64,000 bases of DNA, from NCBI GenBank assembly GCA_023396115.1, contig JAEWXC010000051.1:21425-85424 (forward strand). The letters are read 5' to 3'. This document shows positions 25,155-34,250 of this stretch, piece after piece. The notes beneath the pieces were generated by a model. It saw nothing but the letters and a program-made list of their open reading frames with translations, did not search any database and was not told the DNA's origin. Position 1 is the first letter of the stretch, and each line of letters opens with the position of its first letter. This DNA is from Actinomycetes bacterium. Lineage in GTDB: Bacteria > Actinomycetota > Actinomycetes > Propionibacteriales > Nocardioidaceae. Position numbers and translations under genes: made by a program.

Positions 25155-25507
25155 GCGGCGGCTCCGTGGGTGGTTCCGTGCCACTGGTTGGCGAGTTCGT
25201 TCATCACGGTGTCGATGTCGTGGTCGTCCTGGTCTTGGTGGGGGCCGGAGGGCAGGGTGGCGAGGGTGGCTCGGTGTCGGCATGCCTGTGCCTTGGCAGT
25301 GAGGAGATCCCACCGTCGCTGTCGATCGGCTCGGGTGACGTGTGTCGGGACGAAGTCGCCGGGGCGAGGGCGTGCCCACTCGTACTGCTCTGCACGCTTA
25401 AGCCAGTACTCGGCCGTCGCGTGGGCGAGGGCGTCCTGCAGTATCCGCCGTTGGAAGGCAACGACCTGTTCAACGAGGTCGCCGGCACGGTTGTTGGCCT
25501 GCGTCAT
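25151..25507 (-). CDS. Hypothetical protein
   Basis: 118 aa with 4-nt overlaps to both neighbours. Plausible composition (MTQANNRAGDLVEQVVAFQRRILQDALAHATAEYWLKRAEQYEW). Confidence 0.55.
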   Translation of the reverse strand: MTQANNRAGDLVEQVVAFQRRILQDALAHATAEYWLKRAEQYEWARPRPGDFVPTHVTRADRQRRWDLLTAKAQACRHRATLATLPSGPHQDQDDHDIDTVMNELANQWHGTTHGAAA

Positions 25508-25905
25508 GCGGCACCGCCTGGCGTGGTGGTGACCAGTCGGGCGACGTGGAGCTCCCGTCGGGGCGTCGCTTTGGGGCTCGTCGGGCGTGAGGGCCCTCCG
25601 GGCCCGGGGGTGGGTGGCTCGGGGATCCAGAAGCAGATGGCGCCGTACCAGGCGTTGCAGGCGCGGCTGGTGCCGACGAGTTCGAGGTGGTGGCCGCGGG
25701 CGACGGCCCGGCCCAGCTGGTCCAGCAGTCGGCTGTCGAGCTCGCAGGGGGTCTGGTGGTCGTGGACGGAGATCGTCACTACCTCGCCGGTCGGCTGGCT
25801 CTCGGCCAGGGCGGCGGCGTCGCTGAGTGCTTGGCGGCCGGTGGTGACGTCGATGACGTGGCGGACCGTGAGGGTTCCTTGCCTACGCGGAGTGTGGGAG
25901 GGCAT
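25504..25905 (-). CDS. Hypothetical protein
   Basis: Start re-set to ATG 25905 (MPSHTPRRQGTLTVRHVIDV...). The upstream part of the track ORF is P/S/R-rich. Confidence 0.5.
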   Translation of the reverse strand: MPSHTPRRQGTLTVRHVIDVTTGRQALSDAAALAESQPTGEVVTISVHDHQTPCELDSRLLDQLGRAVARGHHLELVGTSRACNAWYGAICFWIPEPPTPGPGGPSRPTSPKATPRRELHVARLVTTTPGGAA

Positions 25906-26227
25906 GGTGGGTGTGCTCCGATCCGTTGCTGTGGGGGTGAGCGTCAGTGGTGGCCGCCTCTTCGCCCGGGGCGGCCCTGCTGTTGTCGGGGGCCGGGAGG
26001 CCGAGGATCTGTGCGGCGGTGTCTGCTGGCAGGCCGAGGGTCTCGGTGAGGAACCGGTGAGCCGGCACGACGCGGCGTTGCGTGCCCAACTGCAGGCTGG
26101 GGATCCGGCCTTCGCGTGCGGCCTGGTAGGCGGTGGCGCGGGAGATTCCGAGGATCTGGCCGGCTTCGTCAACACCGAGGGTGAGGCGGCCACGCAGGTC
26201 CTCGACGGCCAGGTGCCGGGTTGTCAC
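25883..26227 (-). CDS. Excisionase-family HTH DNA-binding protein (second Xis-like gene)
   Basis: GTG 26227 overlaps the upstream stop (GTGA). The HTH is LTLGVDEAGQILGISRATAYQAAREGRIPSLQLGTQRRVVP. Confidence 0.55.
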   Translation of the reverse strand: MTTRHLAVEDLRGRLTLGVDEAGQILGISRATAYQAAREGRIPSLQLGTQRRVVPAHRFLTETLGLPADTAAQILGLPAPDNSRAAPGEEAATTDAHPHSNGSEHTHHALPHSA

Positions 26228-26412
26228 GCCGTCCGCTCCCCGGTGAACGCCGCTTCGATCCACCGGTCCACATCCGAAGCGCGGTACATGACACGCCGAC
26301 CGATCCGCGCGGCCCTGGGGCCGACGCCTCGGTACCGCCAGTCCTGCAGCGTGGTCACCGGGACGCGCAGGATCTCCGCAACTTCCTCGCTCATGAGCAG
26401 CCGCTCCGCCAT
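26224..26412 (-). CDS. xis: Excisionase / AlpA-type HTH protein
   Basis: 62 aa. LLMSEEVAEILRVPVTTLQDWRYRGVGPRAARIGRRVMYRASDVDRWI is a classic HTH_17 excisionase fold signature. The gene is divergent from the repressor-integrase pair. Confidence 0.75.
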   Translation of the reverse strand: MAERLLMSEEVAEILRVPVTTLQDWRYRGVGPRAARIGRRVMYRASDVDRWIEAAFTGERTA

Positions 26413-26530
26413 GAATATTCTCCAATCGGTTGACGTTCATCCCGTCAGGGATTACCGTCAACCTAACGAACCAATCGGACTGAACCCAGACCTTTCGGGG
26501 GTACAGTCCAACCCCATGGAGGATATTTCG
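26413..26530. promoter_or_regulatory. Divergent switch region between xis and the XRE repressor, with nested repeats (candidate operators)
   Basis: Direct repeat CCAATCGG (26422 and 26471). Inverted repeats GGTTGACG (26428) / CGTCAACC (26456) and TGACG (26431) / CGTCA (26443). Confidence 0.5.
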
Positions 26531-27043
26531 ATGGCCCGAACGATCACCGAACTGCCGGCCGACTTGGCCGAGCGCATCCGCGACCTACGAAAGACCCGCG
26601 ACCTGTCGCAGGAAGCGCTGGCCGGTCGCATGCAGGCACTCGGCCTGACAGGGTGGCGACAGACCACGGTGGCCAAGGCTGAGGCGAAAGAACGCCCTCG
26701 CGCACTCACCGCCCAGGAAGTGGTCGCCCTCGCTGCAGCCTTCGACCTTGGGAGCGTGACCGAGCTCTTCCCGGAATCCATCGAGTCGAGCCTCGCCGAC
26801 CGAGCCGTGGGGATCCACGTCGGACAGCTCGAGCGACTCCGGGAGCGCCTCGAGGGGCTGGCGCCGAGCGCATCACCGGAGCACCGAAGGTCCGTGGATG
26901 AGCAGGTGGCGCGACTGGGAGCGATCCTCGGTGAGACCTCCGAGATCGTCACGGACCGGGCCTTGGACCGTCGAATGGTGCTCGCCGAACTCCTCGACGA
27001 GCTCGGCCGATTGCCGGGTCCGGGCGCGGAGGAACCGCGATGA
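26531..27043 (+). CDS. XRE-family (Cro/CI-type) HTH repressor
   Basis: ATG 26531 is preceded by GGAGGA 7 nt upstream; an alternative ATG is at 26516. The HTH is IRDLRKTRDLSQEALAGRMQALGLTGWRQTTVAKAE. The stop overlaps the integrase start (ATGA). Confidence 0.75.
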   Translation: MARTITELPADLAERIRDLRKTRDLSQEALAGRMQALGLTGWRQTTVAKAEAKERPRALTAQEVVALAAAFDLGSVTELFPESIESSLADRAVGIHVGQLERLRERLEGLAPSASPEHRRSVDEQVARLGAILGETSEIVTDRALDRRMVLAELLDELGRLPGPGAEEPR

Positions 27044-28368
27044 GTGGAGTGTTCCGTCGGTGCGGTTGCCGCACCCCTGACGGCAAGCAGTACGGCACCC
27101 TGGGCGACAAGCCGACCGAGGCACAGCAGGCCCGGGCGTGCCCGACGATGCTGGCCGACCCGAAACACGGCAGCTGGACGTTCCGCCTGTCGGCCGGCTT
27201 CGACCCGATCAGCGGGAAGCGCCGCCAGATCAACGGCCGCGACTACGGCGGCCCCTGGGCGACGAAGCGTGACGCCCAGCAGGCCCGGAACAAGGCCGCG
27301 GTCGACATCGACCAGGGCAAGCAGCACACCCGCTCGCGGATCACCTTCGCCGAGTACCTCCCCGACTGGCTCGAGCGACGCATCGTGATGAACACCAAGG
27401 CGAAGAAGCCACTGGCGCCCTCCACGATCGACAACTACAGCCGGTACGTGACCCGGGACATGATCCCCTCCGCCCTAGGCGCGATGCAGCTGCGGGACAT
27501 CCGACGCCGCGACGTCCAGGCGTTCGTCGACGCCCTGGCCAAGCAGCGCGGCGCCGTCACGACGGCTCGGATCGTGGCTGTGGTCCAGGGAGCGTTCACG
27601 CAGGCCGTGATCGACGACCTGATCCCGGAGACGCCGGCACATCACCTGTCGCTACCGCCGATCGCGAAGAAGGAGATGGCGGTGTGGGAGCCGGCGCAGG
27701 TGGGGCACTTCCTCGACGTCGCGTCTCAGCACCGGCTGGGGGCGTTGTTCGAGCTAGCGATCTTCACCGGCCTTCGGCGCTTCGAACTGGTGGGGCTGGA
27801 CTGGTCTGACATCGACCTGCCCAACCGGGAGCTGCGGGTCGGGAAGTCCAAGACTGACGCGGGTGTGCGCAGGGTCGCGCTCGACGACCGTTCGGTGGGC
27901 GCTCTGGTCGCGTGGCAGATCGCGCAGGCAGCTGAGCGTGCTGCGTGGGGGGACGCGTGGGTCGACAGTGGCCGGGTGTTCACCTACGAGAACGGGGAGC
28001 CGCTGAAGCTGCAGTACGCGACGCGGCTGTTCGACAAGATCCGCAAGCAGGCAGGGCTGCCGAAGATGACGTTCCACGGGCAGCGCCACCAGCAGGCCTC
28101 GCTGCAGCTTGCCGCCGGCACCGACATCGCTGTGGTGTCGAAGCGGCTGGGGCACTCGAGCGTGGCCGTGACCGCAGACATCTACGCACACCTGCTCCGT
28201 TCGAAGGACCACCAGGCGGCCAACGACGCCTCGGCGCTGGTGCCTGGACGGGCCCAGATTCAGCCGCCGCAGACCCCTGTCGAAGAGGGCTGTGCACACA
28301 CGCTGCACACGCAAGGGGGTGAGAACGAGGAAGAGGCCGCCCCCGCGATCCGCGGGAACGGCCTCTGA
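27040..28368 (+). CDS. int: Tyrosine site-specific integrase
   Basis: 442 aa. N-terminal MSGVFRRCGCR...HGSWTFRL arm-binding-type domain. Catalytic region has RRFELVGLDW, HGQRHQQASL, LGHSSVAVTADIYAH. It ends 9 bp before attR and 17 bp before the tRNA-Pro 3' end. Confidence 0.9.
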   Translation: MSGVFRRCGCRTPDGKQYGTLGDKPTEAQQARACPTMLADPKHGSWTFRLSAGFDPISGKRRQINGRDYGGPWATKRDAQQARNKAAVDIDQGKQHTRSRITFAEYLPDWLERRIVMNTKAKKPLAPSTIDNYSRYVTRDMIPSALGAMQLRDIRRRDVQAFVDALAKQRGAVTTARIVAVVQGAFTQAVIDDLIPETPAHHLSLPPIAKKEMAVWEPAQVGHFLDVASQHRLGALFELAIFTGLRRFELVGLDWSDIDLPNRELRVGKSKTDAGVRRVALDDRSVGALVAWQIAQAAERAAWGDAWVDSGRVFTYENGEPLKLQYATRLFDKIRKQAGLPKMTFHGQRHQQASLQLAAGTDIAVVSKRLGHSSVAVTADIYAHLLRSKDHQAANDASALVPGRAQIQPPQTPVEEGCAHTLHTQGGENEEEAAPAIRGNGL

Positions 28369-28376
28369 CCTGCACT

Positions 28377-28426
28377 TTCTTCGGTCGGGCTGACAGGATT
28401 TGAACCTGCGACCCCCTGACCCCCAG
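28377..28426. repeat. attR: 50-bp exact direct repeat overlapping the tRNA-Pro 3' part
   Basis: Identical to 12716..12765. It covers tRNA positions 32-73 plus 8 nt downstream. Confidence 0.9.
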
Positions 28427-28458
28427 TCAGGTGCGCTACCAAGCTGCGCTACAGCCCG
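28385..28458 (-). tRNA. tRNA-Pro: tRNA-Pro (anticodon GGG)
   Basis: The 74-nt minus-strand sequence folds by hand into a cloverleaf: CGGGCTG-TA-GCGC-AGCTTGGTA-GCGC-A-CCTGA-CTGGGGG-TCAGG-GGGTC-GCAGG-TTCAAAT-CCTGT-CAGCCCG-A. The acceptor stem is perfect. CCA is not encoded. Confidence 0.9.
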
Positions 28459-28560
28459 ATGCCGACGAATCGGTGGAAGCCCGATCCGACGGCGAGGTGA
28501 ACAGTACCGCAGGGAGACCGGCTCCCTCACATCGGGGTGTCCCCGGGTGTCGGTGCCGGT

Positions 28561-29865
28561 TCAGGAGTCCTCGGAGTCCTCGGTCTCGACCACCTCGAGG
28601 ACCTCGACCCGGACCTTGCTGACGCGTCGCCCGACCATCTCGGTGACGGTCAGCAGCGCCCCCGGAAGACCGGCGTTGTCACCGACCTCGGGGATCCGCC
28701 CGAGCTGCGCGATGAGCCAGCCGGCGGCGGTCTCGTAGTCCCCGTCGGGCAGCTCGACACCGGTCTCGTCGGCGAAGTCCTCGATGGTCAGACCCGCGTT
28801 GACCACGCGCACACCGTCGACCGGGATCGGGGACCCGTCGTCGACGTCGTACTCGTCGCGGATGTCACCGACGATCTCCTCGACGAGGTCCTCCAGGGTC
28901 ACGATCCCGTCGGTGCCGCCGTACTCGTCGACGACCACGGCCATGTGGATCTTGAGCTCACGCATCTGCGCCACGGTCGGCAGCACGCCGTTGGTGCCCG
29001 GCAGCATCAGGATCCGACGCGCCACCTGCCGCACCCGACGTCCGTCGTGCTCGGTGATCCCCAGCAGGTCGCGCACGTGCAGGAAGCCGACGACCTCGTC
29101 GAAGGACTCCCCGATCACCGGGTAGCGCGAGTACGACCCGCGACCCACCTGTTCAACGGCCTCACGGATCGGCAGGTCACCCCGCAGGAAGCTCACCTCG
29201 CCGCGCGGCACCATCACCTCCTTGAGGCTGCTGGTGCGGGCGGCGAACACGTCGTCGAGGATCTGCCGCTCCCCCTCGTCGAGGGACTCGTGCGTGGAGA
29301 CGATGTCGCGCAGCTCCTCCTCGCTGACCTCCTCCTGGTTGGCGTTCGGGTCGCCGCCCAGCAGCCGCACCAGGGCGTTGGTCGAGACCGACAGCAGCCA
29401 GATCACCGGGCGCATCAGGGTGGCGAACTTGTCCAGCACCGGTGCCGTCGCCGAGGCCAACCCAACCGACTTCTGCAGCGCCAGACGCTTCGGCACCAGC
29501 TCACCCAGGACCAGCGACAGGTAGGCGATGAGCAGGGTCAGCAGCACCAGGGCCAGTGAGTCGGCCGCCGACTCCGAGAGCCCCCAGTCGACCAGGACCG
29601 GCGCCAGCGACGGGGCCAGGGTCGAGCCACCGTAGGCGGCGGAGAAGAACCCGGCGACCGTGACCCCGATCTGCACCGCCGCCAGGAACCGGTTCGGGTC
29701 GCGGGCCACCGAGGCCGCCTTGGCGCCGCGTCCGCCGCGCTGTTCCATCTGGCGCAGCTGGCTCTCGCGCAGCGACACCATGGCCATCTCGGTCCCGGCG
29801 AAGACCCCGCCGAGCAGGATGAAGACGAGCACCAGCCCGCCGTTGGTGAGCATCTGGGTGTCCAT
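28561..29865 (-). CDS. CNNM/DUF21 + CBS-pair + CorC_HlyC-domain protein (hemolysin-family putative Mg/Co efflux-type protein)
   Basis: 434 aa. DUF21 N-terminus (GGVFAGTEMAMVSLRESQL), a CBS region, and a C-terminal transporter-associated domain. Confidence 0.9.
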   Translation of the reverse strand: MDTQMLTNGGLVLVFILLGGVFAGTEMAMVSLRESQLRQMEQRGGRGAKAASVARDPNRFLAAVQIGVTVAGFFSAAYGGSTLAPSLAPVLVDWGLSESAADSLALVLLTLLIAYLSLVLGELVPKRLALQKSVGLASATAPVLDKFATLMRPVIWLLSVSTNALVRLLGGDPNANQEEVSEEELRDIVSTHESLDEGERQILDDVFAARTSSLKEVMVPRGEVSFLRGDLPIREAVEQVGRGSYSRYPVIGESFDEVVGFLHVRDLLGITEHDGRRVRQVARRILMLPGTNGVLPTVAQMRELKIHMAVVVDEYGGTDGIVTLEDLVEEIVGDIRDEYDVDDGSPIPVDGVRVVNAGLTIEDFADETGVELPDGDYETAAGWLIAQLGRIPEVGDNAGLPGALLTVTEMVGRRVSKVRVEVLEVVETEDSEDS

Positions 29866-29941
29866 CAGATCCGCCCTCCCCCGGTCTGGTCACGGAGGGG
29901 GCGGCTGGGACTCGCAGGTTGATCCATGCGTGCACGTTAAC

Positions 29942-29990
29942 GGCTCCGGCCCCGCACGGCCCAGTCAGCGGGCGGTGCGGGGCCGGAGCC
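29942..29990 (-). terminator. 16-bp perfect stem-loop downstream of the small membrane protein gene
   Basis: GGCTCCGGCCCCGCAC (29942-29957) pairs with GTGCGGGGCCGGAGCC (29975-29990), starting 19 nt after the stop at 30009. Confidence 0.55.
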
Positions 29991-30008
29991 CACGAGGTCG
30001 TGCCGGTC

Positions 30009-30365
30009 TCACCCGGCGGTGGCCACGGATGGCAGGACCAGCACGACCCACGGCAGGTAGAGCGCCAGGGACAGGCACCCGAGCACCACCGCGGCCGTGT
30101 GCCGGGTGCGCAGGAACAGTCCGACCAGGGCCAGCAGCGCCGACACCACGGCGGTGGCTCCCAGGGCCATCGCGAACGCCGTGCCGATCCCGGCCGTGCT
30201 CGAGGACGAGGAGGAGTACTCCATCCCCCACCACGCCGAGACCACGCCGGCGAACACGGAGCCGGCGATCCCGAGCAGGCACAGCACGACGCCCACCCGG
30301 AGTCGCGGGCGGGCGTCGTGCGGAGAGGTCGAGTGGATCGCCTGGGGCGTGTTGGCCGTGTTCAT
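30009..30365 (-). CDS. Hypothetical small membrane protein (about 3 TM helices)
   Basis: 118 aa with hydrophobic segments VGVVLCLLGIAGSVFAGVV, AFAMALGATAVVSALLALVGLF and VVLGCLSLALYLPWVVLVL. Confidence 0.5.
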   Translation of the reverse strand: MNTANTPQAIHSTSPHDARPRLRVGVVLCLLGIAGSVFAGVVSAWWGMEYSSSSSSTAGIGTAFAMALGATAVVSALLALVGLFLRTRHTAAVVLGCLSLALYLPWVVLVLPSVATAG

Positions 30366-30507
30366 GGACCCACCCTCCCGCGGCAGCCGACCGGCCGGAA
30401 CAGAGTCGGGTACTCAGATCGGCCGGGCAGGTGGACGAGACGAGCGTCGGCGGGGCCGTGGACGGCTGGCTGCCGCCCCGTGCCCGGTGACACCCGTGGG
30501 CTGCCCG

Positions 30508-31267
30508 TCAGTAGTAGACAATGCCGAACACCCACACCGCCAGGGTCATCACGGTGAGGGTCACCAGGACGATCCCGATCAGGTTGAGCCACAGACCGGC
30601 CCTCACCATCTGCGGGATGGTCACGTACCCCGACCCGTAGGCGATGGGCGTTGGGTGGCGTGGCGACCGGCAGCATGAACGCGCAGGTGGCAGCGAGTGC
30701 GACCGGGATGGCCAGCAGCATCGGGTCCACCCCGAGGCCGAGCGCGACCCCGCCAGCCACCGGGAGGAACGTGGCCGCGGTGGCGGTGTTGCTGGTCAGC
30801 TCGGTCAGGAAGATGATCCCGGTCGCGAAGACGAGCACCAGCACGATGACCGGCATCCCGTCGAGCCCCTCGGCCTGGGTGCCGATCCAGTCCGTCAGTC
30901 CCGAGGAGCCGAACTGGGCGGAGAGCGCCAGCCCACCGCCGAACAGCAGCAGCACCCCCCCGGGGCAGCTGGACGGCGCTCTCCCAGTCGAGCAGCCGGA
31001 CCCCGCGGGCCGTCCCGGCCGGCAGCAGGAACAGCAGCAGCGCCACGACCATCGCGATGCCGGGGTCACTGATCGGGGTGTCGTCCGGCCAGATCAGCGG
31101 GACACTCACCCAGGCGACCGCGGCGAGCACGAAGATCACCAACACCCGGATCTCGCCTGCGGCGAGTAGAGCTGGGCGAAGGTGGCCACGCCGGCCAGCA
31201 GCAGCCCGACGAGCAGGCGGCGGTAGGCCGTGCTGCCGCGTGCATGCCCCCGCCCACGGCGCGTCAT
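30508..31267 (-). pseudogene. Chimeric transporter remnant: MFS 5' fragment abutting the 3' half of a DASS/SLC13 permease gene, with two further frameshifts
   Basis: Hand translation gives three blocks. (1) MTRRGRGHARGSTAYRRLLVGLLLAGVATFAQLYSPQ, an MFS-type N-terminus that stops at 31136. (2) In other frames, GEIRVLVIFVLAAVAWV...LLDWESAVQLP and GVLLLFGGGLALSAQF...FMLPVATPPNA. (3) IAYGSGYVTIPQMVRAGLWLNLIG...VYY*. The frame breaks fall at the C7G4 run (30955-30965) and near 30646. Confidence 0.65.
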
Positions 31268-31378
31268 GGCCGGGCCACGTCACGCGGGTGTTCGGACAGG
31301 GCGGCAGACATCAGCACCAGTGTCCCCCGTGCCAGCCAGCAAGGTGCTCCGGCCCCGGAGAGAGGCTGATGGGCGTGG

Positions 31379-32749
31379 TCAGCGCTTGCGCTTCTCCCGC
31401 GGGCGCACCTGCAGCACGATCGGGGTGCCGACGAACCCGAACTGCTCGCGCAGCCGGCGCTCGATGAACCGCTCGTAGGAGGCGTCGAGCTTGCCGGAGG
31501 TGAACAGGATGAACGTCGGCGGCGCCGTGGACGGCTGGGTGCCGAACAGGATCTTGGGCTGCTTGCCGCCCCGCACCGGGTGCGGGTGCTCGGCGACGAG
31601 CCGACCCAGGAACGTGTTGAGCTGGCCGGTGCTGATCCGGCTCTCCCAGCCCTCCAGCGCCGACTCCAGCGCCGGCACCAGCCGGTTCACGTGCCAGCCG
31701 GTCCGGGCGGTCAGGTTGATCCGCGGCGCCCACTGCACCTGGACCAGCTCCCGCTCGATCTCCCGCTCCAGGTAGTGGCGGCGCTCGTCGTCGACCAGGT
31801 CCCACTTGTTGAACGCGATCACCAGCGCCCGGCCGGCCTCGCGGACCGTCTGCAGGATCCGCACGTCCTGCTCGGCGATGTTCTGCTCCGCGTCCAGCAC
31901 CAGGACCGCCACCTCGGCGCGGTCGATGGCCGTGGTGGTGCGCAGCGAGGCGTAGTACTCGTGCCCCGAGGCGGCCTTGACCCGCTTGCGGATCCCGGCG
32001 GTGTCGATGAACTTCCAGACCTTGCCGTCGAGCTCGATCAGCTCGTCGACCGGGTCGACGGTGGTGCCGGCGACGTTGTCGACCACCACGCGGTCCGAGC
32101 CGGCCAGCTGGTTGAGCAGGGAGGACTTGCCCACGTTGGGGCGGCCGACCAGGGCGATGCGACGGGGGCCGCCGACCTCCTCGAAGGACTCCTCGGGCAG
32201 CTCCGGCAGCGCCTCCAGGCAGGCGTCGAGCAGGTCACCCGAGCCGCGCCCGTGCAGCGCCGAGACCGGGAACGGCTCCCCCAGCCCCAGGTTCCACAGT
32301 GCGTAGGCCTGCGCCTCGGTGCGCTCGTCGTCGACCTTGTTGGCCGCGATCACGACCGGCTTGCCTGACTTGCGCAGGATCTTCACCACGGCCTCGTCGG
32401 CGTCGGTGATCCCGACCCCGGCGTCCACGACGAACAGCACCGCGTCGGCCAGGCTGACCGCAATCTCGGCCTGGGCGGCGATCCGCTGGGCCAGGCCCTT
32501 GGCGTCCGGGTCCCACCCGCCGGTGTCGACGAGGGTGAACGCGCGGCCGTTCCAGGTCGCGTCGTAGGAGACACGGTCCCGGGTCACCCCCGGCTTGTCC
32601 TCGACCACGGCCTCACGGCGCCCGATGATGCGGTTCACCAACGTCGACTTGCCCACGTTGGGCCGGCCCACCACGGCGAGCACCGGAACCGGTCCGGTGG
32701 GGGCGAACTCGTCGGTCGCCCCGGGGGTGTCGTAGCTGTCGCTCATCAT
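31379..32749 (-). CDS. der: Ribosome-associated GTPase Der (EngA)
   Basis: Start re-set to ATG 32749, overlapping the upstream stop. Two G domains ([18 protein letters not shown] and [18 protein letters not shown]) and a KH-like C-terminus. Confidence 0.9.
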   Translation of the reverse strand: MMSDSYDTPGATDEFAPTGPVPVLAVVGRPNVGKSTLVNRIIGRREAVVEDKPGVTRDRVSYDATWNGRAFTLVDTGGWDPDAKGLAQRIAAQAEIAVSLADAVLFVVDAGVGITDADEAVVKILRKSGKPVVIAANKVDDERTEAQAYALWNLGLGEPFPVSALHGRGSGDLLDACLEALPELPEESFEEVGGPRRIALVGRPNVGKSSLLNQLAGSDRVVVDNVAGTTVDPVDELIELDGKVWKFIDTAGIRKRVKAASGHEYYASLRTTTAIDRAEVAVLVLDAEQNIAEQDVRILQTVREAGRALVIAFNKWDLVDDERRHYLEREIERELVQVQWAPRINLTARTGWHVNRLVPALESALEGWESRISTGQLNTFLGRLVAEHPHPVRGGKQPKILFGTQPSTAPPTFILFTSGKLDASYERFIERRLREQFGFVGTPIVLQVRPREKRKR

Positions 32750-33489
32750 GCTCCTCGTGCTGCGGGCCCGGCGTCGGGCTCGCGGTCGTCCTGCGTGGGC
32801 TGCGCGGGAAGGGGCCCGGGCAGGGTGGCGCCGGTCAGGCGCAGGGCGCGGTCCAGCTCGGACCGCAGGTAGTCCCTCAGCAACACCGTCTCGACCCCGA
32901 CTTGTTCCTTGGTGCGGGGCCACGGCGTGCGCGGCAGGGTGCGGGCGGGACCGAAGACCAGGTGCACCGGCACGTCGGGGTCCGGCAGGGCGCTGCTGCC
33001 CCCGCCGGGCGGGCGGGACCCCAGGATCGTGACGGGCACGATCGGGGCACCCGAGACCAGCCCGAGGTAGGCGGCACCGCGGTGGAACCCCTCGGTGAAC
33101 TCGCCCGCGCCGCGGGTGCCCTCGGGGAAGATCCCCACGACGGCACCCTGCTCCAGCACCGCCAAGCAGGTGCGCACCGCACCCGGGTCGGCGTGGAACC
33201 GGTCGAGCTTGATCTGCCCGGCCTGGCGGAAGAAGACGCCGGCGGGGCCGGAGAACATCTCCTGCTTGGTCAGCGCGTGCACCGGGCGCGGCGCGAAGAT
33301 CGCCAGCAGGGGTCCGTCGAGGACGCCCATGTGGTTGGCGGCCAGGATCACCGGACCCTCGGTGGGGACGAAGTCGGCGCCGTGGACCTGGACCTGCATC
33401 CGGCGCCGGAACAGCCAGTTGGCGAACGGCCGGGCGCCGTGCAGCAGCCAGGTCCGCGGGTGCCTGACCCGCCCGGCTCCGGTGCTCAT
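32746..33489 (-). CDS. 1-acyl-sn-glycerol-3-phosphate acyltransferase family protein
   Basis: 247 aa with acyltransferase motifs ANHMGVLDG and FPEGTRG. It overlaps both neighbours by 4 nt. Confidence 0.85.
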   Translation of the reverse strand: MSTGAGRVRHPRTWLLHGARPFANWLFRRRMQVQVHGADFVPTEGPVILAANHMGVLDGPLLAIFAPRPVHALTKQEMFSGPAGVFFRQAGQIKLDRFHADPGAVRTCLAVLEQGAVVGIFPEGTRGAGEFTEGFHRGAAYLGLVSGAPIVPVTILGSRPPGGGSSALPDPDVPVHLVFGPARTLPRTPWPRTKEQVGVETVLLRDYLRSELDRALRLTGATLPGPLPAQPTQDDREPDAGPAARGA

Positions 33490-34166
33490 GCGTCCTCCCG
33501 GACCGCCTCGGCCAGCGCCACCACCTGGTCGATGACCTGGTCGAGGGTGAAGTCCGTGGTGTCGATGTGCGTGGCCCCGTCGGGGACGACGAGCGGAGCG
33601 GTGGCGCGGCTGGAGTCGATCTTGTCCCGGGCCAGGAGCGAGTCGCGGGTGGCCTCGACGTCGCTGCCACCCTCCTCCAGCGCCCGTCGGGCGGCCCGCG
33701 CGGCCGGGTCGGCGCTCAGGTAGACCTTGACGTCGGCGTCCGGGGCGACGACCGACCCGATGTCACGTCCCTCGACCACGATGCCGCCGGTCCCGATGGT
33801 CTCGCGCTGCAGCTGCAGCAGACGCGCCCGGACCTCGGGCACCGCGCTGACCGGGCTGACCGCACCGGTGACGGCCTCACCGCGGATCGCGACCGCGACG
33901 TCGGTGCCGTCGACGTGGATCGTGGGCTGGGCGGGGTCGGTGCCGGAGGTGAGGACCGGCTCCTCGACGCGGGCGGCGACGGCCGCGGCGTCGTGGACGT
34001 CGATGCCCTGCTCGAGCACCCACCAGGTGATCGCCCGGAACATGGCCCCGGTGTCGAGGTAGCGCAGACCGAGGCGGGTCGCGACACCGCGGGAGGTGCT
34101 CGACTTGCCCGACCCGGACGGCCCGTCGATCGCGACGACGAGGGTGCCAGGGTTCGGGTTGCTCAC
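33486..34166 (-). CDS. cmk: Cytidylate kinase
   Basis: 226 aa with P-loop [12 protein letters not shown] and LDTGAMFR. Confidence 0.9.
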   Translation of the reverse strand: MSNPNPGTLVVAIDGPSGSGKSSTSRGVATRLGLRYLDTGAMFRAITWWVLEQGIDVHDAAAVAARVEEPVLTSGTDPAQPTIHVDGTDVAVAIRGEAVTGAVSPVSAVPEVRARLLQLQRETIGTGGIVVEGRDIGSVVAPDADVKVYLSADPAARAARRALEEGGSDVEATRDSLLARDKIDSSRATAPLVVPDGATHIDTTDFTLDQVIDQVVALAEAVREDA

Positions 34167-34250
34167 GGGAGGCCTCTCGACGGGGTGTGGTCCGGGTGGA
34201 CCGGGCAGACGACGGACGGGCGCACGGCCGAGCCGGGCGCAGCGAGCAGC

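Larger units (their letters stand above)
12716..28426. mobile_element. Integrated phage-like / satellite-like element at tRNA-Pro(GGG), about 15.7 kb including both att repeats
   Basis: Bounded by exact 50-bp direct repeats. The integrase lies next to the tRNA. Contents are an XRE repressor, Xis-like HTHs, a RepA-like ATPase, TerS, TerL, WhiB and a tape measure protein. Confidence 0.85.

Noticed and set aside
31379-33670. 763-aa ORF and similar long N-terminal extensions (46583-48361, 47551-51243, 57996-60140, 9017-10471, 23841-25379)
   Set aside because: In each case the conserved protein starts at an internal ATG or GTG that overlaps the upstream gene's stop. The extension overlaps a recognised gene in another frame and is P/R/G-rich.
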